From Myxococcota bacterium (GTDB taxonomy: Bacteria; Myxococcota_A; Polyangia; Polyangiales; Sandaracinaceae), in contig JAYZQJ010000186.1 in assembly GCA_036149055.1 (NCBI GenBank), positions 1 to 45,949 of the forward strand: DNA of 45,949 nt, read 5' to 3'. Below, piece by piece: positions 9,522 to 18,567 of this stretch. The position numbers and the translations under genes are program-made. The notes under the pieces were generated by a model. That model saw only the letters and a program-made list of their open reading frames with translations, searched no databases and had not been told where the DNA came from. Each line of letters starts with the position of its first letter. The first letter of the stretch is position 1.

Positions 9522-9710
9522 TGCTCCTTTCGCGCGCGGCCGACCGGCCCACGCCAGCGAGCGACCAGCAAGCGGCGTTCCGACGACGCGCTCGGCAAGG
9601 AACCCGCCTCGCGCCTCCCGTCAGGCGTCGCGGTGACGTCACTCGCGACGGCGCCCGTCGCTCGCCGATCCATCACGCGCGTATTCGCCGCGCCCTGCTA
9701 GGGTGCGACC

Positions 9711-10787
9711 GTGCTCACGCCGGGTGCACCCGGAGCGCGACGGGCCGCGCTCACCCTGGTCGCGGCGCTGGTCTCGCTGGCGCTCGCCGAGGGCGCCCTG
9801 CGCCTGGTCGGCCTCGCGCCGGCGCGGTACGCGAGCCCTCACGGCGTCGAGGCGCCGAACAAGCGGCGGGCCCTCGACCTCTTCCCCACCGACCCGGACG
9901 GCGCGTTCCCCCTCGACCTCCGCGATCCGGAGACCCGCCGCCGCTGGATCGCGCGCATCCCGAGCCTGGCCGGCCGCTGGGAGAGCACGCCCTTCGCGGT
10001 CCCCTCGCGCTACTCGGAGGAGCTCTGCCGGGGCCCGGACATCCCCCCGCGCGGCGCCCGCCCCCGCGTCGTCCTGGTGGGCGACTCGTTCACCGAGGGG
10101 CTCGGGGTGGTCGAGCCCGAGACGTTCGCCGGCGTGCTCTCGCGGCGGCGCCCCGACCTCGAGGTGATCAACTGCGGCCGCCGCAGCTTCGACTTCCCGC
10201 GGCTCCGCTCGCGGTTCGAGCTGGCGCTCTCGCTCGCGCCCGACGTCATCGTCTACGCGATGGTGCTCAACGATCCCGTGCGCTCGGCCGCCTTCGCCCG
10301 TCAGCGCCCGCGCATGCGCTCCTGGCTGCGGCGGCAGAGCGCCGCGCGCGCCACCGACGCCGGCCGCCCCGCGCCCGCGTGGCCGCCCTGGCTCTTCGCG
10401 CTGCTCCGCGAGCGCCTCGAGGGCGCGCCGATCGAGGCCCGCACGCCGGCGTGGTACCGGGACATGGTCGGCGCGCCCAACCGCGAGGGCTGGAAGGAGA
10501 CCCTCCGGTCCATCGCCGCGGTCGACGCGCGGGCTCGCGAGCGAGGCGTCCGGCTGGTCGTCGTGCTCTGGCCGCTGCTCAGCGCGCTCGACGAGGGCTA
10601 CCCCTTCACCGAGTCCCACCGGGTGATCGGCCGCGCGCTGCGGGACCGCGGCGTCGAGATCCACGACGCGCTCGGCGGCTTCGTCGGCGAGACCGCCTCG
10701 ACCCTCTGGGTGCACCCGGCCGACCACCACCCCAACGCGCGCGCTCACGCCCTGTTCGCCGAGCAGGTGCTCACCGCGCTCGATTAG
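9711..10787 (+). CDS. Membrane-anchored SGNH/GDSL hydrolase
   Basis: N-terminal TM; GDSFTEG block I, NCG, LND, DHHPN block V. Confidence 0.85.
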   Translation: MLTPGAPGARRAALTLVAALVSLALAEGALRLVGLAPARYASPHGVEAPNKRRALDLFPTDPDGAFPLDLRDPETRRRWIARIPSLAGRWESTPFAVPSRYSEELCRGPDIPPRGARPRVVLVGDSFTEGLGVVEPETFAGVLSRRRPDLEVINCGRRSFDFPRLRSRFELALSLAPDVIVYAMVLNDPVRSAAFARQRPRMRSWLRRQSAARATDAGRPAPAWPPWLFALLRERLEGAPIEARTPAWYRDMVGAPNREGWKETLRSIAAVDARARERGVRLVVVLWPLLSALDEGYPFTESHRVIGRALRDRGVEIHDALGGFVGETASTLWVHPADHHPNARAHALFAEQVLTALD

Positions 10788-11224
10788 CGCCAGCCGAGCT
10801 GCCCGCACGCCCAGAGGCCCACGCAGATGGCCTCGGCGGCGTCGTGCCGCATCGACGTCGGCCGCGGCAGCCCGCTCTCGCGCACGACGCGGCGGGCGAG
10901 CTCGATCGCGGCGCGCTTGGCGTCGGCCCCGCTCCGGCGATCGCGCGGGGCGAGCAGCGCCTCCCGCCAGGTGTGCGCCTGGATGGCGAAGACCCGCGCG
11001 CCGCGCTTCTCCGCCGCCTTGCCCCACACCCTGGCGAGCGCCGCGTCACCCTCCACCGCCAGCGCGACGAGATCCTCGACCGCGCCGACCTCTCCCCAGG
11101 CCGCGCGCTTGAGCCGGGTCACCGTGCCGAAGTTCTGCGAGCGGTGGCTGACCAGCCGACCGTCGGCCCCGAACACCGCGAGGCCGGTCCGCAGCCCGAG
11201 ATCGATCGCCAGCAGGTGCTCCAT
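10784..11224 (-). CDS. RuvC-like (RNase H fold) protein
   Basis: LLAIDLG.RTGLAV, VEG, W(R/K)-type helix, C-terminal HDAAEA. Confidence 0.6.
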   Translation of the reverse strand: MEHLLAIDLGLRTGLAVFGADGRLVSHRSQNFGTVTRLKRAAWGEVGAVEDLVALAVEGDAALARVWGKAAEKRGARVFAIQAHTWREALLAPRDRRSGADAKRAAIELARRVVRESGLPRPTSMRHDAAEAICVGLWACGQLGWR

Positions 11225-11236
11225 CCGTGGCCGGGC

Positions 11237-11800
11237 TCAGCCGGCCTTCGCGCGGGCGCCGATCACCGCGCAGGCGCCGACCGCGTCGATGAGCACGACC
11301 AGCGGCAGCCCGGCGAGCAGCATCGGCCGCCCGCCCGCGCCGAGCAGGATGAGCGTCCAGGCGGTGGCGAGGAGCGCGAAGCCCCGGCCCATCGAGCGCG
11401 CGTAGAAGTGACCGGCGCCGAACGCCGCGAGCACCATCGGCAGCAGCAGCGACGCCGCCACGGCCACGCTCTTCTTGCGCGGGGCCGGCCCGATGGTCTC
11501 CGGGCCCCCGCGGTAGGGCCCGTCGCGCTCGTCCATGTCCGGCGCCTGCGGCGGCGCGTCCTCCGGGTCGACCTCGTGGTGCTCGAGCGCGTCGAGGATC
11601 TCGAGCGCCCGCTCCGCCTGCGACGCGCGCACCTTGAGCGGCACGTGCAGCGCCCCGCGCAGGAGCCCGCCCACCATGGCGTCGTGCTCCTTGCCGGGGG
11701 CCATCGCGGTGATGCCCTCCTGCTCGAGCAGATCGATGAGCATCTCCGCTTCGATGAAGTCGGGGACCTGGCGAATGGTGATGAAGTCGTCTCGGCTCAT
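11237..11800 (-). CDS. DUF2007-like N-terminal domain membrane protein
   Basis: EAEMLIDLLEQEGI...LKV....AERALEIL; C-terminal TM2-like GAGHFY and TM helices; ATG overlaps upstream stop. Confidence 0.7.
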   Translation of the reverse strand: MSRDDFITIRQVPDFIEAEMLIDLLEQEGITAMAPGKEHDAMVGGLLRGALHVPLKVRASQAERALEILDALEHHEVDPEDAPPQAPDMDERDGPYRGGPETIGPAPRKKSVAVAASLLLPMVLAAFGAGHFYARSMGRGFALLATAWTLILLGAGGRPMLLAGLPLVVLIDAVGACAVIGARAKAG

Positions 11801-12258
11801 GGGATGCACACGCAGGTGTAGCCGGCAAATCCGCTGACGCACATCTCGCTGTCGCCGCACTCCGGCCCGTCGCCGCAGCGGCAGCCGGCGGCGTCGCAGG
11901 TGTCCGCCCGGGCGCAGCGGCCGTCCGGGCGCGTGCAGGTCGCCACCGCCTGGCTCCCGCCGTTGTCCTCCGCCCACATCGCGCAGATGGCCATGCCGCG
12001 CCCGTCGCAGGCGCCGGCCACCGCGTCGTCGATCCGGGTGGGGCAGCCCGTCCCCGAGTCCGACGCCGCGCCCGAATCCGACGCCGCGCCCGAGTCCGAC
12101 GCCGCGCCCGAGTCCGACGCCGCGCCCGAGTCCGACGCCGAGCCCGAGTCCGACGCCGAGCCCGAGTCCGACGCCGAGCCCGCGTCGGTGACGGTTTCTG
12201 TGCCGCACCCGGCCGCGAGCGTCATCGCTGCGACCAGCCCCCAGTGCAAGAAACGCAT
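11797..12258 (-). CDS. Cys-rich lipoprotein with (S/A)ASDSG repeat linker
   Basis: Lipobox AAGC; repeat linker; Cys-rich C-terminus. Confidence 0.7.
   Translation of the reverse strand: MRFLHWGLVAAMTLAAGCGTETVTDAGSASDSGSASDSGSASDSGAASDSGAASDSGAASDSGAASDSGTGCPTRIDDAVAGACDGRGMAICAMWAEDNGGSQAVATCTRPDGRCARADTCDAAGCRCGDGPECGDSEMCVSGFAGYTCVCIP
12053..12178. repeat. Tandem 18-bp repeat CCCGAGTCCGACGCCG(C/A)G x7 (coding VNTR)
   Basis: Seven consecutive units counted; encodes SASDSG/AASDSG on the minus strand. Confidence 0.95.
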
Positions 12259-12286
12259 GCCCGAGCCTACCGCGGTTCGAGCCGCG

Positions 12287-13207
12287 CTACTCCAGGAAGG
12301 GCACCTTCGTGGTCACGCCGGCGCCGTAGAACTGCATGGCGCCGGTGGTGCTGCTGACCACGGTGCTGATCGCGGTCTCGCGGTCGATGCGGAGGAGCTG
12401 GCCCTCGGAGGTGAAGCCGAAGAGGTTGCGGCCCCAGTAGCCGAGGCCGAAGAGCTTGGTGAACGTCTCGCCGCTCTCGGTGCGGGTGGTGCCGATGATG
12501 CGGACGGTGGCGTTGCCGGAGGCGGGGATGGTGATCTCGGCGACCGCGTCGGGCTCGCCCTCGATCGGCCGGCCGTCCGCGTCGCGCTGGCGCAGGGTCG
12601 CGAACACGCCCAGGCCCGAGACGGCGGTGATGTCGCCCGACGAGCCCCAGTTGTCGGGGTAGCGGCCGCGCGGGGTCAGGCGCGCGGTGCGGAGGTCCAC
12701 CTCGAAGAGGTCGCCGCTGTTGGTCGCGCCGATGAGGATCTCCTGGCCGCTGGGCGAGAGATCGGAGGGGATGAAGCTCAGCCCGAAGAGCGGGTCCACG
12801 TCCGGGTCGCGGTCCTCGCGGTAGGTGAAGGAGATCAGCGTCTCCATCGTCTCCGGGTCCACCACGTAGATCTCGTTGAAGCCGACGGTCACGATCAGCC
12901 CGTCCGCGTCGACCGCGAGGTCGAGCATGTTGGGCCGGCTGCCGTCCTCCACGTCGAACACGCCGAGCTCGGTCACCGTGTTCGAGAACGGCGAGAACTC
13001 GTAGAGGGTGTCCTCCGAGTGCGCGTAGATGAGCACGTCGTCGAGCCGGCCTCCCGCGTCGACGGGCGGGCCGGAGTCCCGGATCACCCCGGAGTCGACC
13101 GGCCCGGAGTCCACGGGCGTCGACCCGTCGGGGGTGGGGATGCGCCCCCCGGTGTCGCAACCGACCGAGAGGATGGAGCAGAGAAGAAAGACGACGGAAT
13201 GACGCAT
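12287..13207 (-). CDS. Lipoprotein, probable beta-propeller
   Basis: Lipobox SVGC; DSG linker; IYAHS...LY.F, DLAVD, SSGDI, LFGL.YW..LFGFT..GQLLRID, GAGVTT motifs. Confidence 0.7.
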   Translation of the reverse strand: MRHSVVFLLCSILSVGCDTGGRIPTPDGSTPVDSGPVDSGVIRDSGPPVDAGGRLDDVLIYAHSEDTLYEFSPFSNTVTELGVFDVEDGSRPNMLDLAVDADGLIVTVGFNEIYVVDPETMETLISFTYREDRDPDVDPLFGLSFIPSDLSPSGQEILIGATNSGDLFEVDLRTARLTPRGRYPDNWGSSGDITAVSGLGVFATLRQRDADGRPIEGEPDAVAEITIPASGNATVRIIGTTRTESGETFTKLFGLGYWGRNLFGFTSEGQLLRIDRETAISTVVSSTTGAMQFYGAGVTTKVPFLE

Positions 13208-13279
13208 GATACGGCTACCTCGCGAGCGTGACCCGACGTCTGTACCTCATCCGAGGCCCCGAGTCAGGCCGACGCCTCC

Positions 13280-14272
13280 TCACCGCTCCCGACGCCAGCG
13301 CGAGGGGGTGATCCCGGTCCAGCGGGTGAACGCGCGCTCGAACGCCGACCGGCTGGCGTACCCCACGCGCCCGGCGATCTCGTCCACGCTCGCGCGGCCC
13401 TCTCGCAGCAGCTCCTCGGCGATGGCCCGGGCGGCGGCGTCCCGCACCTGCCGGAACGAGCGGCCCTCCCCCGAGAGCTTGCGCTGCAGCGTGCGGGCGC
13501 TCGCGCCGAGCTGCCGGGCCGCCGCCTCGAGCGTCACCTCCCGGCCCGCGTCGAACAGCTCGCGGCAGGCGCGGATGGCGCGCTCCTCGACGCCGCTCGC
13601 CGCGAGGACCTCGGTCGCCCGCTCCTCGAGCACCCGGAGCAGCGCCGGCTCGTCGCCGATCATCCGGTGCGCGAGCAGCGGCCCGCGGAAGAACAGCTCG
13701 TCCACCGCCGCCTCGAACTCCACCGCCGCGTCGTAGTAGTCGTCGAACACCGCGCGGTCCGGCGGCGGCGCCGAGGTGAACGACACCCGCTCTGGCGAGA
13801 CCCGCTGCCCGGACGCCTCTCGCGCGAGCGACACCAGCGTCGCGAAGAGCGACTCCACGCCGTGTCGCACGCGCACCGGGAAGTCCGGCCGCACGTACCG
13901 GATGGTGAGCGAGTCCTCCGTCTCCGACGTCGTGAGCCCGCCCTCGGGCAGCGCGAGCGACAGCGCGCGGCAGGTCGCGAGGAGCCCCTGCCGCACGTCC
14001 TCCGCGTGCGCCACGAGCGGCCCGAACACGCCGACGTGGTGAAGCCTCAGGCCGCAGCCGACCGAGTGACCGAGCACCGGATCGCCGACCAGCTCCGCCA
14101 CCCCCTCCCACACCCGGAGGCCGTCCCCGTACGAGATCGAGGCCCCCGAGAGCCGGTCGGGCGAGAGCCCGGCGACGTGCGCGATCTCCTCCAGAGAGTA
14201 GCCCGTGGAGCGGATGAGGATGCGAAGGATGGCGCTCGACGCGCTCGGACCGGACACGGCCCACGATACCAC
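13280..14272 (-). CDS. AraC-family transcriptional regulator (ligand-binding N-domain plus HTH); start uncertain
   Basis: C-terminal AARQLGASARTLQRKL...EIAGRVGYASRSAFERAFTRWTGITP. Confidence 0.88.
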   Translation of the reverse strand: MVSWAVSGPSASSAILRILIRSTGYSLEEIAHVAGLSPDRLSGASISYGDGLRVWEGVAELVGDPVLGHSVGCGLRLHHVGVFGPLVAHAEDVRQGLLATCRALSLALPEGGLTTSETEDSLTIRYVRPDFPVRVRHGVESLFATLVSLAREASGQRVSPERVSFTSAPPPDRAVFDDYYDAAVEFEAAVDELFFRGPLLAHRMIGDEPALLRVLEERATEVLAASGVEERAIRACRELFDAGREVTLEAAARQLGASARTLQRKLSGEGRSFRQVRDAAARAIAEELLREGRASVDEIAGRVGYASRSAFERAFTRWTGITPSRWRRER

Positions 14273-14283
14273 CCCCGCGCCGG

Positions 14284-15150
14284 CTACCGCCGACGCCGCC
14301 ACCGCGCGAGGGCCTCGTCGAACCGAGCGCCGACCTCGCCGTCGGCGCCCACCAGGCCGCGCAGGAGCGCGACGTGATCGGCCTCGGACGCGTGCGGCAG
14401 CGTCAGCCGCCGCCCCACCCGCTCGGCCACCGCCTCGAAGCGGTCACGGTGCCAGCGCGCGTCCCAGCCGGGCCACGCGTCGCGCAGCCGCCGTTCGCCG
14501 TCCGCCACCGGCCGGGCGGCCCACGCGTCGACCCGCCGCGCCGCCTCGTCCACGTGCGCCCCGCCGAAGGGGAACGTCTCGGTCCGCCAGGCCAGCGTGT
14601 CGGGCAGCGGCGTCCGGGCCAGCGCCTCGGCGAGCGCGGGGCCGGCGAAGAGCAGCTCTGGCGACGCCGCGAGGGTGTGCAGCTTCCAGGTCCCGTCGGC
14701 GCACCGCATCGACAGCGCCGTATCGGCCCACTCGGGTCGCTGGACCGAGAGGACGACCTCGCCGGCCGGCTCATCCTCGCGGAGCAACCCGCTCACGTCG
14801 CCGCCCCCGTACCGCACCAGATCGAGCACGTGGTCGTGCGCCCAGCGGATCTCCCACCCGGGCCAGAGCTCGCGCATCACCCCCAGGCACACCCGCCGGA
14901 GCGGCACGTCGAGCAGCACGTCCTCCCCGCCGAACCAGAGCAGCACGCGCTCCACCGCGTCGATCACCGCGCCGCCCTCCGCCCAGACCTCGTCCAGCCA
15001 GCCCTCGGCCCGCGGGAGCGTGCGCGCGAACCGCATCGCCGCGTCGGGCCCCCAGAAGAGCTCGGCGTCGAGCGCGTTGGCCCGGTCGTGGGTGTAGAAC
15101 AGCGAGTCGCCCTCGCCGGTCCGCAGCCACAGGTTCGCGCGCTGCCCCAT
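14284..15150 (-). CDS. Conserved-looking hypothetical protein
   Basis: MGQRAN start; WLDEVWAEGGAVID, LWPGWEIRWA motifs; coding-like composition. Confidence 0.7.
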   Translation of the reverse strand: MGQRANLWLRTGEGDSLFYTHDRANALDAELFWGPDAAMRFARTLPRAEGWLDEVWAEGGAVIDAVERVLLWFGGEDVLLDVPLRRVCLGVMRELWPGWEIRWAHDHVLDLVRYGGGDVSGLLREDEPAGEVVLSVQRPEWADTALSMRCADGTWKLHTLAASPELLFAGPALAEALARTPLPDTLAWRTETFPFGGAHVDEAARRVDAWAARPVADGERRLRDAWPGWDARWHRDRFEAVAERVGRRLTLPHASEADHVALLRGLVGADGEVGARFDEALARWRRRR

Positions 15151-15221
15151 GCCGGCACCCTACCCGCCCCCACTTCCGGCGTCTTCAGACCGCGGAGGCG
15201 CGCCGGACGTTACTATCGGGC

Positions 15222-15383
15222 ATGCGCACCTTGCTGCTCCTGTCCCTCCTCGTGCTCGGCGCCTGCGGCGGCGGCGCGGGGGAGCCCGAGGCCGAGGCCA
15301 CCTGGGAGACCCACACCACCGGCGGCGACGACGGCGCCGCGACGCCCGACGACGGGGGCGAGGACGACGACGTGGGCGAGTAG
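15222..15383 (+). CDS. Small lipoprotein
   Basis: MRTLLLLSLLVLGAC lipobox, acidic tail. Confidence 0.55.
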   Translation: MRTLLLLSLLVLGACGGGAGEPEAEATWETHTTGGDDGAATPDDGGEDDDVGE

Positions 15384-15419
15384 CCGTCGGGCCGGACCCT
15401 GCTACACCGCCCGGTCCCC

Positions 15420-16328
15420 ATGGCCGCCGAACGACTCCAGAAGATCCTCGCCCACGCCGGCATCGCGTCCCGCCGCGCCGCGGAAAAGCTCATCGCCGAC
15501 GGCCACGTGCGGGTCAACGGCCGGGTGGTGACCGAGCTCGGCACCAAGGCCGACGCCCACAAAGACAAGATCGAGGTCGACGGAAAGCGGGTCGTGCTCG
15601 AGAAGCCGGTGCACTACCTGGTGCACAAGCCCCGCGAGATGGTGACCACGCTCAGCGACCCGGAGGGCCGCGAGAACCTCGGTCAGCTGTTGGCGAAGGT
15701 GCCCGAGCGGGTGTACCCCGTAGGGAGGCTCGACTACCACACCAGCGGCGCGCTGCTGGTCACGAACGACGGCGAGCTCACGGATGCGCTCTTGAACCCC
15801 GCGCGAAACGTCCCGAAGGTCTACGCCGCCAAGCTGAAGGGTCACCTCGGCGTCCCGGAGCTCGACCAGCTCCGCAACGGCGTCACCCTCGACGACGGCT
15901 ACAAGACGAAGCCGGCCGAGGTCTTCGTCCTGCGCGAAGAGACCAAGAACACCTGGGTGCAGATCACCCTGACCGAGGGCAAGAACCGGCAGATCCACCG
16001 CATGGCCGACGCCATCGGCCACCCGGTGCAGCGCCTGGCGCGGACCAGCTTCGCCGGCCTCACCACCGAGGACCTGCGCCCCGGGGAGATCCGCCCCCTG
16101 AACAAGCGCGAGCTCGAGAAGCTCGTGAAGACCTACCTGACCCCGGCCCGCAAGCAGAAGTCGGCCGCGCGTCAGCAGGCGGACGAGGAGGCGGGCATGC
16201 CCGTCGCGGCCCCGTCGCGCCAGCGGAGCAAGCCCGCGCGCCGCGGAGGCACCAAGCGCCGCGGCGGCGCGAGCCGCAAGCCCCGGGGTCCCCGCAAGGG
16301 ACCGAAGGGCGGAGGAGGTGACCGATGA
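15420..16328 (+). CDS. rluB: 23S rRNA pseudouridine synthase (RsuA/RluB family) with S4 domain
   Basis: ERLQKILAHAGIASRR S4 domain; catalytic GRLD; EGKNRQI; basic tail. Confidence 0.9.
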   Translation: MAAERLQKILAHAGIASRRAAEKLIADGHVRVNGRVVTELGTKADAHKDKIEVDGKRVVLEKPVHYLVHKPREMVTTLSDPEGRENLGQLLAKVPERVYPVGRLDYHTSGALLVTNDGELTDALLNPARNVPKVYAAKLKGHLGVPELDQLRNGVTLDDGYKTKPAEVFVLREETKNTWVQITLTEGKNRQIHRMADAIGHPVQRLARTSFAGLTTEDLRPGEIRPLNKRELEKLVKTYLTPARKQKSAARQQADEEAGMPVAAPSRQRSKPARRGGTKRRGGASRKPRGPRKGPKGGGGDR

Positions 16329-16579
16329 TCGACGAGATGAACCCGAGCCTCGAAGCCTCGCTCGACGACTTGAAGGTCATCTACCGCGTGCTCGGCGAGC
16401 ACTTCCAGGAGCACCCCGAGCTCGGCGAGAACGGCTTCTACCGGAGCCTCCGCCGCCTCCTCGAGGCCCAGGCCGAGGCCGAGGGCGTCGACGTGAACGA
16501 CGACGAGGAGTGGACCGAGTGGCTCCTCGACGCGCCCGGAAACGCCGGCGGCGAGACCCGCCGAGACCTGTTGAACTGA
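16325..16579 (+). CDS. Small acidic hypothetical protein
   Basis: Strong GGAGGAGGT RBS; ATGA overlap with rluB. Confidence 0.75.
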   Translation: MIDEMNPSLEASLDDLKVIYRVLGEHFQEHPELGENGFYRSLRRLLEAQAEAEGVDVNDDEEWTEWLLDAPGNAGGETRRDLLN

Positions 16580-16594
16580 CTCGCCAATTCATCC

Positions 16595-16622
16595 TTGACG
16601 ACGCGACCGAGGTCACTATAGT
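16595..16622 (+). promoter_or_regulatory. Sigma-70 promoter of tRNA-fMet 1
   Basis: TTGACG-N16-TATAGT followed by GC-rich discriminator, 13 bp before the tRNA. Confidence 0.75.
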
Positions 16623-16635
16623 TCGGCCTCCCTGA

Positions 16636-16709
<74 letters not shown>

Positions 16710-16723
16710 AACGCACTGTCGAC

Positions 16724-16757
16724 ACGCCGTCCTTGGCTACCCGAGGACGGCGTTGTT
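16724..16757 (+). terminator. Hairpin terminator after tRNA 1
   Basis: ACGCCGTCCTTGG-ctac-CCGAGGACGGCGT then TGTT. Confidence 0.65.
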
Positions 16758-17171
16758 GCGTGCGTGCCTTCCGGAGCTCAGGACGGCGAGCGAGGGCAGG
16801 AGTCGGGGGGTTCTGGGCGCGAGCCGCGGGTTGTGGTGGGTGGTTCGTTCTCGGGGTCTAGGGGGGCGGGACGGCGCGCGCCGGCGCGCCGAAGGTGGAG
16901 ATGTCGCTGCAGCGCCGGCAGACAGCTCTGACCGCGCCCTCGATGACGTGTAGCGGAGCTCGACCTGCGCCTGGACTGCCATGCCGAGGAGCAAGTCGCA
17001 GGCGCGGCAAGTCTGGCGCGCCGGCTAAGTGGGCCGGGCGCCTCTCCTGTCGTTCTCGGTCTGCTCTCAGGCTGCTTCAGGGGGGGGGACTGGGGACGTC
17101 GAGCGAGCGACCGGGATCAACCGGCCTTGTCAGACCCTCACCGCGGTCTCGCGCCAGAACGACTCTGGGAT

Positions 17172-17780
17172 TCAGTCCGCCTCGGGTGACCGCCTGCGCG
17201 GCTTCTTCCGCGTTCGTGAGGTCCGCCGCCGCCGGGTCGCGGGCGGCTCGTCCTGCATCTCGTCGTCGCCGGCCGCTACAACCCCGCGGAACTGCGCTAG
17301 GTCCACCCCTATCTCGTCGCAACGGAGCGCGAAGTGCTCGAACCATCCCTTCGGGAAGCTGTCCGGTCGCTCTTCGTGCAGCCGCAGGACGGCACGGTGG
17401 GGGTCGTGCAGGAGGACGTAGGCGTGAGCGCGGGTCCCGCGGGGTTTGGTCTCGATGAACCGCAGCTCGCACAAGACCTCGATGCGCTCCCGGAAGGTAC
17501 GTTCCGCTCGCCCGGCGGTCTTGGCGTAGCCGCTCTCAAAGGCGAGGAGGACCGGATCGTGGACCTCCACCAGGCCAGTTCCGAAGTTTCTGGCCCAGAG
17601 GACGGTATAGAGGTGCCCGGCGTTGACGCGGTCTAGATTGTTGATGAGGCCGGCCACCAGCGGGACCACTCGCGGGATTGGGGCCCAGCCTCCGGCCTTG
17701 TCGTCGAAGACGAGGTCTTCAGCGTTCGGCCAGAGCGTGTCGCGCCGCTTCAAATAGCGTCCTGTGGATCTGCGTGCCAT
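17172..17780 (-). CDS. Hypothetical protein, probable winged-helix DNA-binding/Rep-like protein of mobile elements
   Basis: RDTLWP...IPR..PL...LY..LW...LAFESGY....RAERTFRERIEVL.ELRFIETKP pattern, consistent with HTH plus wing; family assignment by recall only. Confidence 0.65.
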   Translation of the reverse strand: MARRSTGRYLKRRDTLWPNAEDLVFDDKAGGWAPIPRVVPLVAGLINNLDRVNAGHLYTVLWARNFGTGLVEVHDPVLLAFESGYAKTAGRAERTFRERIEVLCELRFIETKPRGTRAHAYVLLHDPHRAVLRLHEERPDSFPKGWFEHFALRCDEIGVDLAQFRGVVAAGDDEMQDEPPATRRRRTSRTRKKPRRRSPEAD

Positions 17781-17991
17781 TGTTTCGTCCCCGGTCGGAC
17801 GACCCCGGGGACCGGCGCCCCTGCTTGCCAAGGCTGACGGGCGCCGGTCCCCCACGTATGCCCCAGCAGATGGAACCGGGGGGAGTCGGGGGCGTGCCTG
17901 ATGATGGCATGCCCACGGGGACGACTATGCCTGTCGCTGTGGCTGACGTCAACTGCGCTCAGATTCGCTGCGCCCCCCTAGAAACCCCCGA

Positions 17992-18104
17992 TACACGACA
18001 CATCAGGACATCAACGACACGTACGACACTTAACAAACATGACACCTTGAAAGAGAACCTCGCCTAACTCACTGTAATTACATATCGCAGCGGCGACATG
18101 TCGC
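17992..18104. promoter_or_regulatory. Phased GACA(C/T) direct repeats plus two perfect palindromes upstream of the wHTH gene
   Basis: GACA at 17997, 18007, 18016, 18025, 18041; TGTAATTACA 18073-18082; GCGACATGTCGC 18093-18104; A/C-rich tract. Confidence 0.5.
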
Positions 18105-18567
18105 GAGATCCACGAAAACTCCGTCCCCTACCGGCCCGTCTGGCGCGAAGATTGGAGGCCTAGCCTGCCAGGAGCTCGCGTGAACGCCGCAGCGGGCTCG
18201 GACGTGCCCCGCCTTAGGCGCCACGCGTGGCAGCAAGCGCCTTCGCGTGGTGGATCGGTGGTTTCGCGGTCCCGAGTCTGCAGAGAACCTGCAGAGCCAC
18301 CACCCGGTTCCGCCGCGCCCCCCGCTCAAGCCCGCCAGCACCTGCGCCACCAGGTGATCCTCCCCTTGGTCGACATGATCGTCCGGCAGCACCCCGGTAT
18401 CGAGCACCTGCAGCGCCCTCGTCCGGTTGTCCCGAACCTCGAGCTGTTGTCCTGCGGTCCCAGTAGCTCAGTTGCCCCGCCCCCCTGGGCTCGTCGTCGC
18501 CGCGAAGGTGGCCGTCTCCGAGGTCCCGGGTTGACCTCGGCCACCTGGCTACCCGAGCCTCGATCGC

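Larger units (their letters stand above)
16734..18557. mobile_element. Putative small insertion or remnant bounded by 12-bp direct repeat TGGCTACCCGAG
   Basis: Identical 12-mer at 16734-16745 and 18546-18557; interior visibly more A/T-rich than flanks; directly downstream of a tRNA; no integrase seen. Confidence 0.4.

Noticed and set aside
123..16414. Many long overlapping ORFs (e.g. 1901-3934, 2243-3769, 2247-3956, 7208-8662, 9639-11027, 10379-11821)
   Set aside because: Shadow ORFs expected at very high GC; low-complexity translations overlapping better-supported genes
18457..18474. tRNA-5'-like fragment GTCCCAGTAGCTCAGTTG near the right end of the 1.8-kb insert
   Set aside because: Only 18 nt, no cloverleaf, does not match tRNA-fMet; att duplications normally copy the 3' end
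18078..18544. Short ORFs and possible gene fragment in the right half of the insert
   Set aside because: No recognisable motif, RBS or clear strand; may be a remnant but cannot be supported
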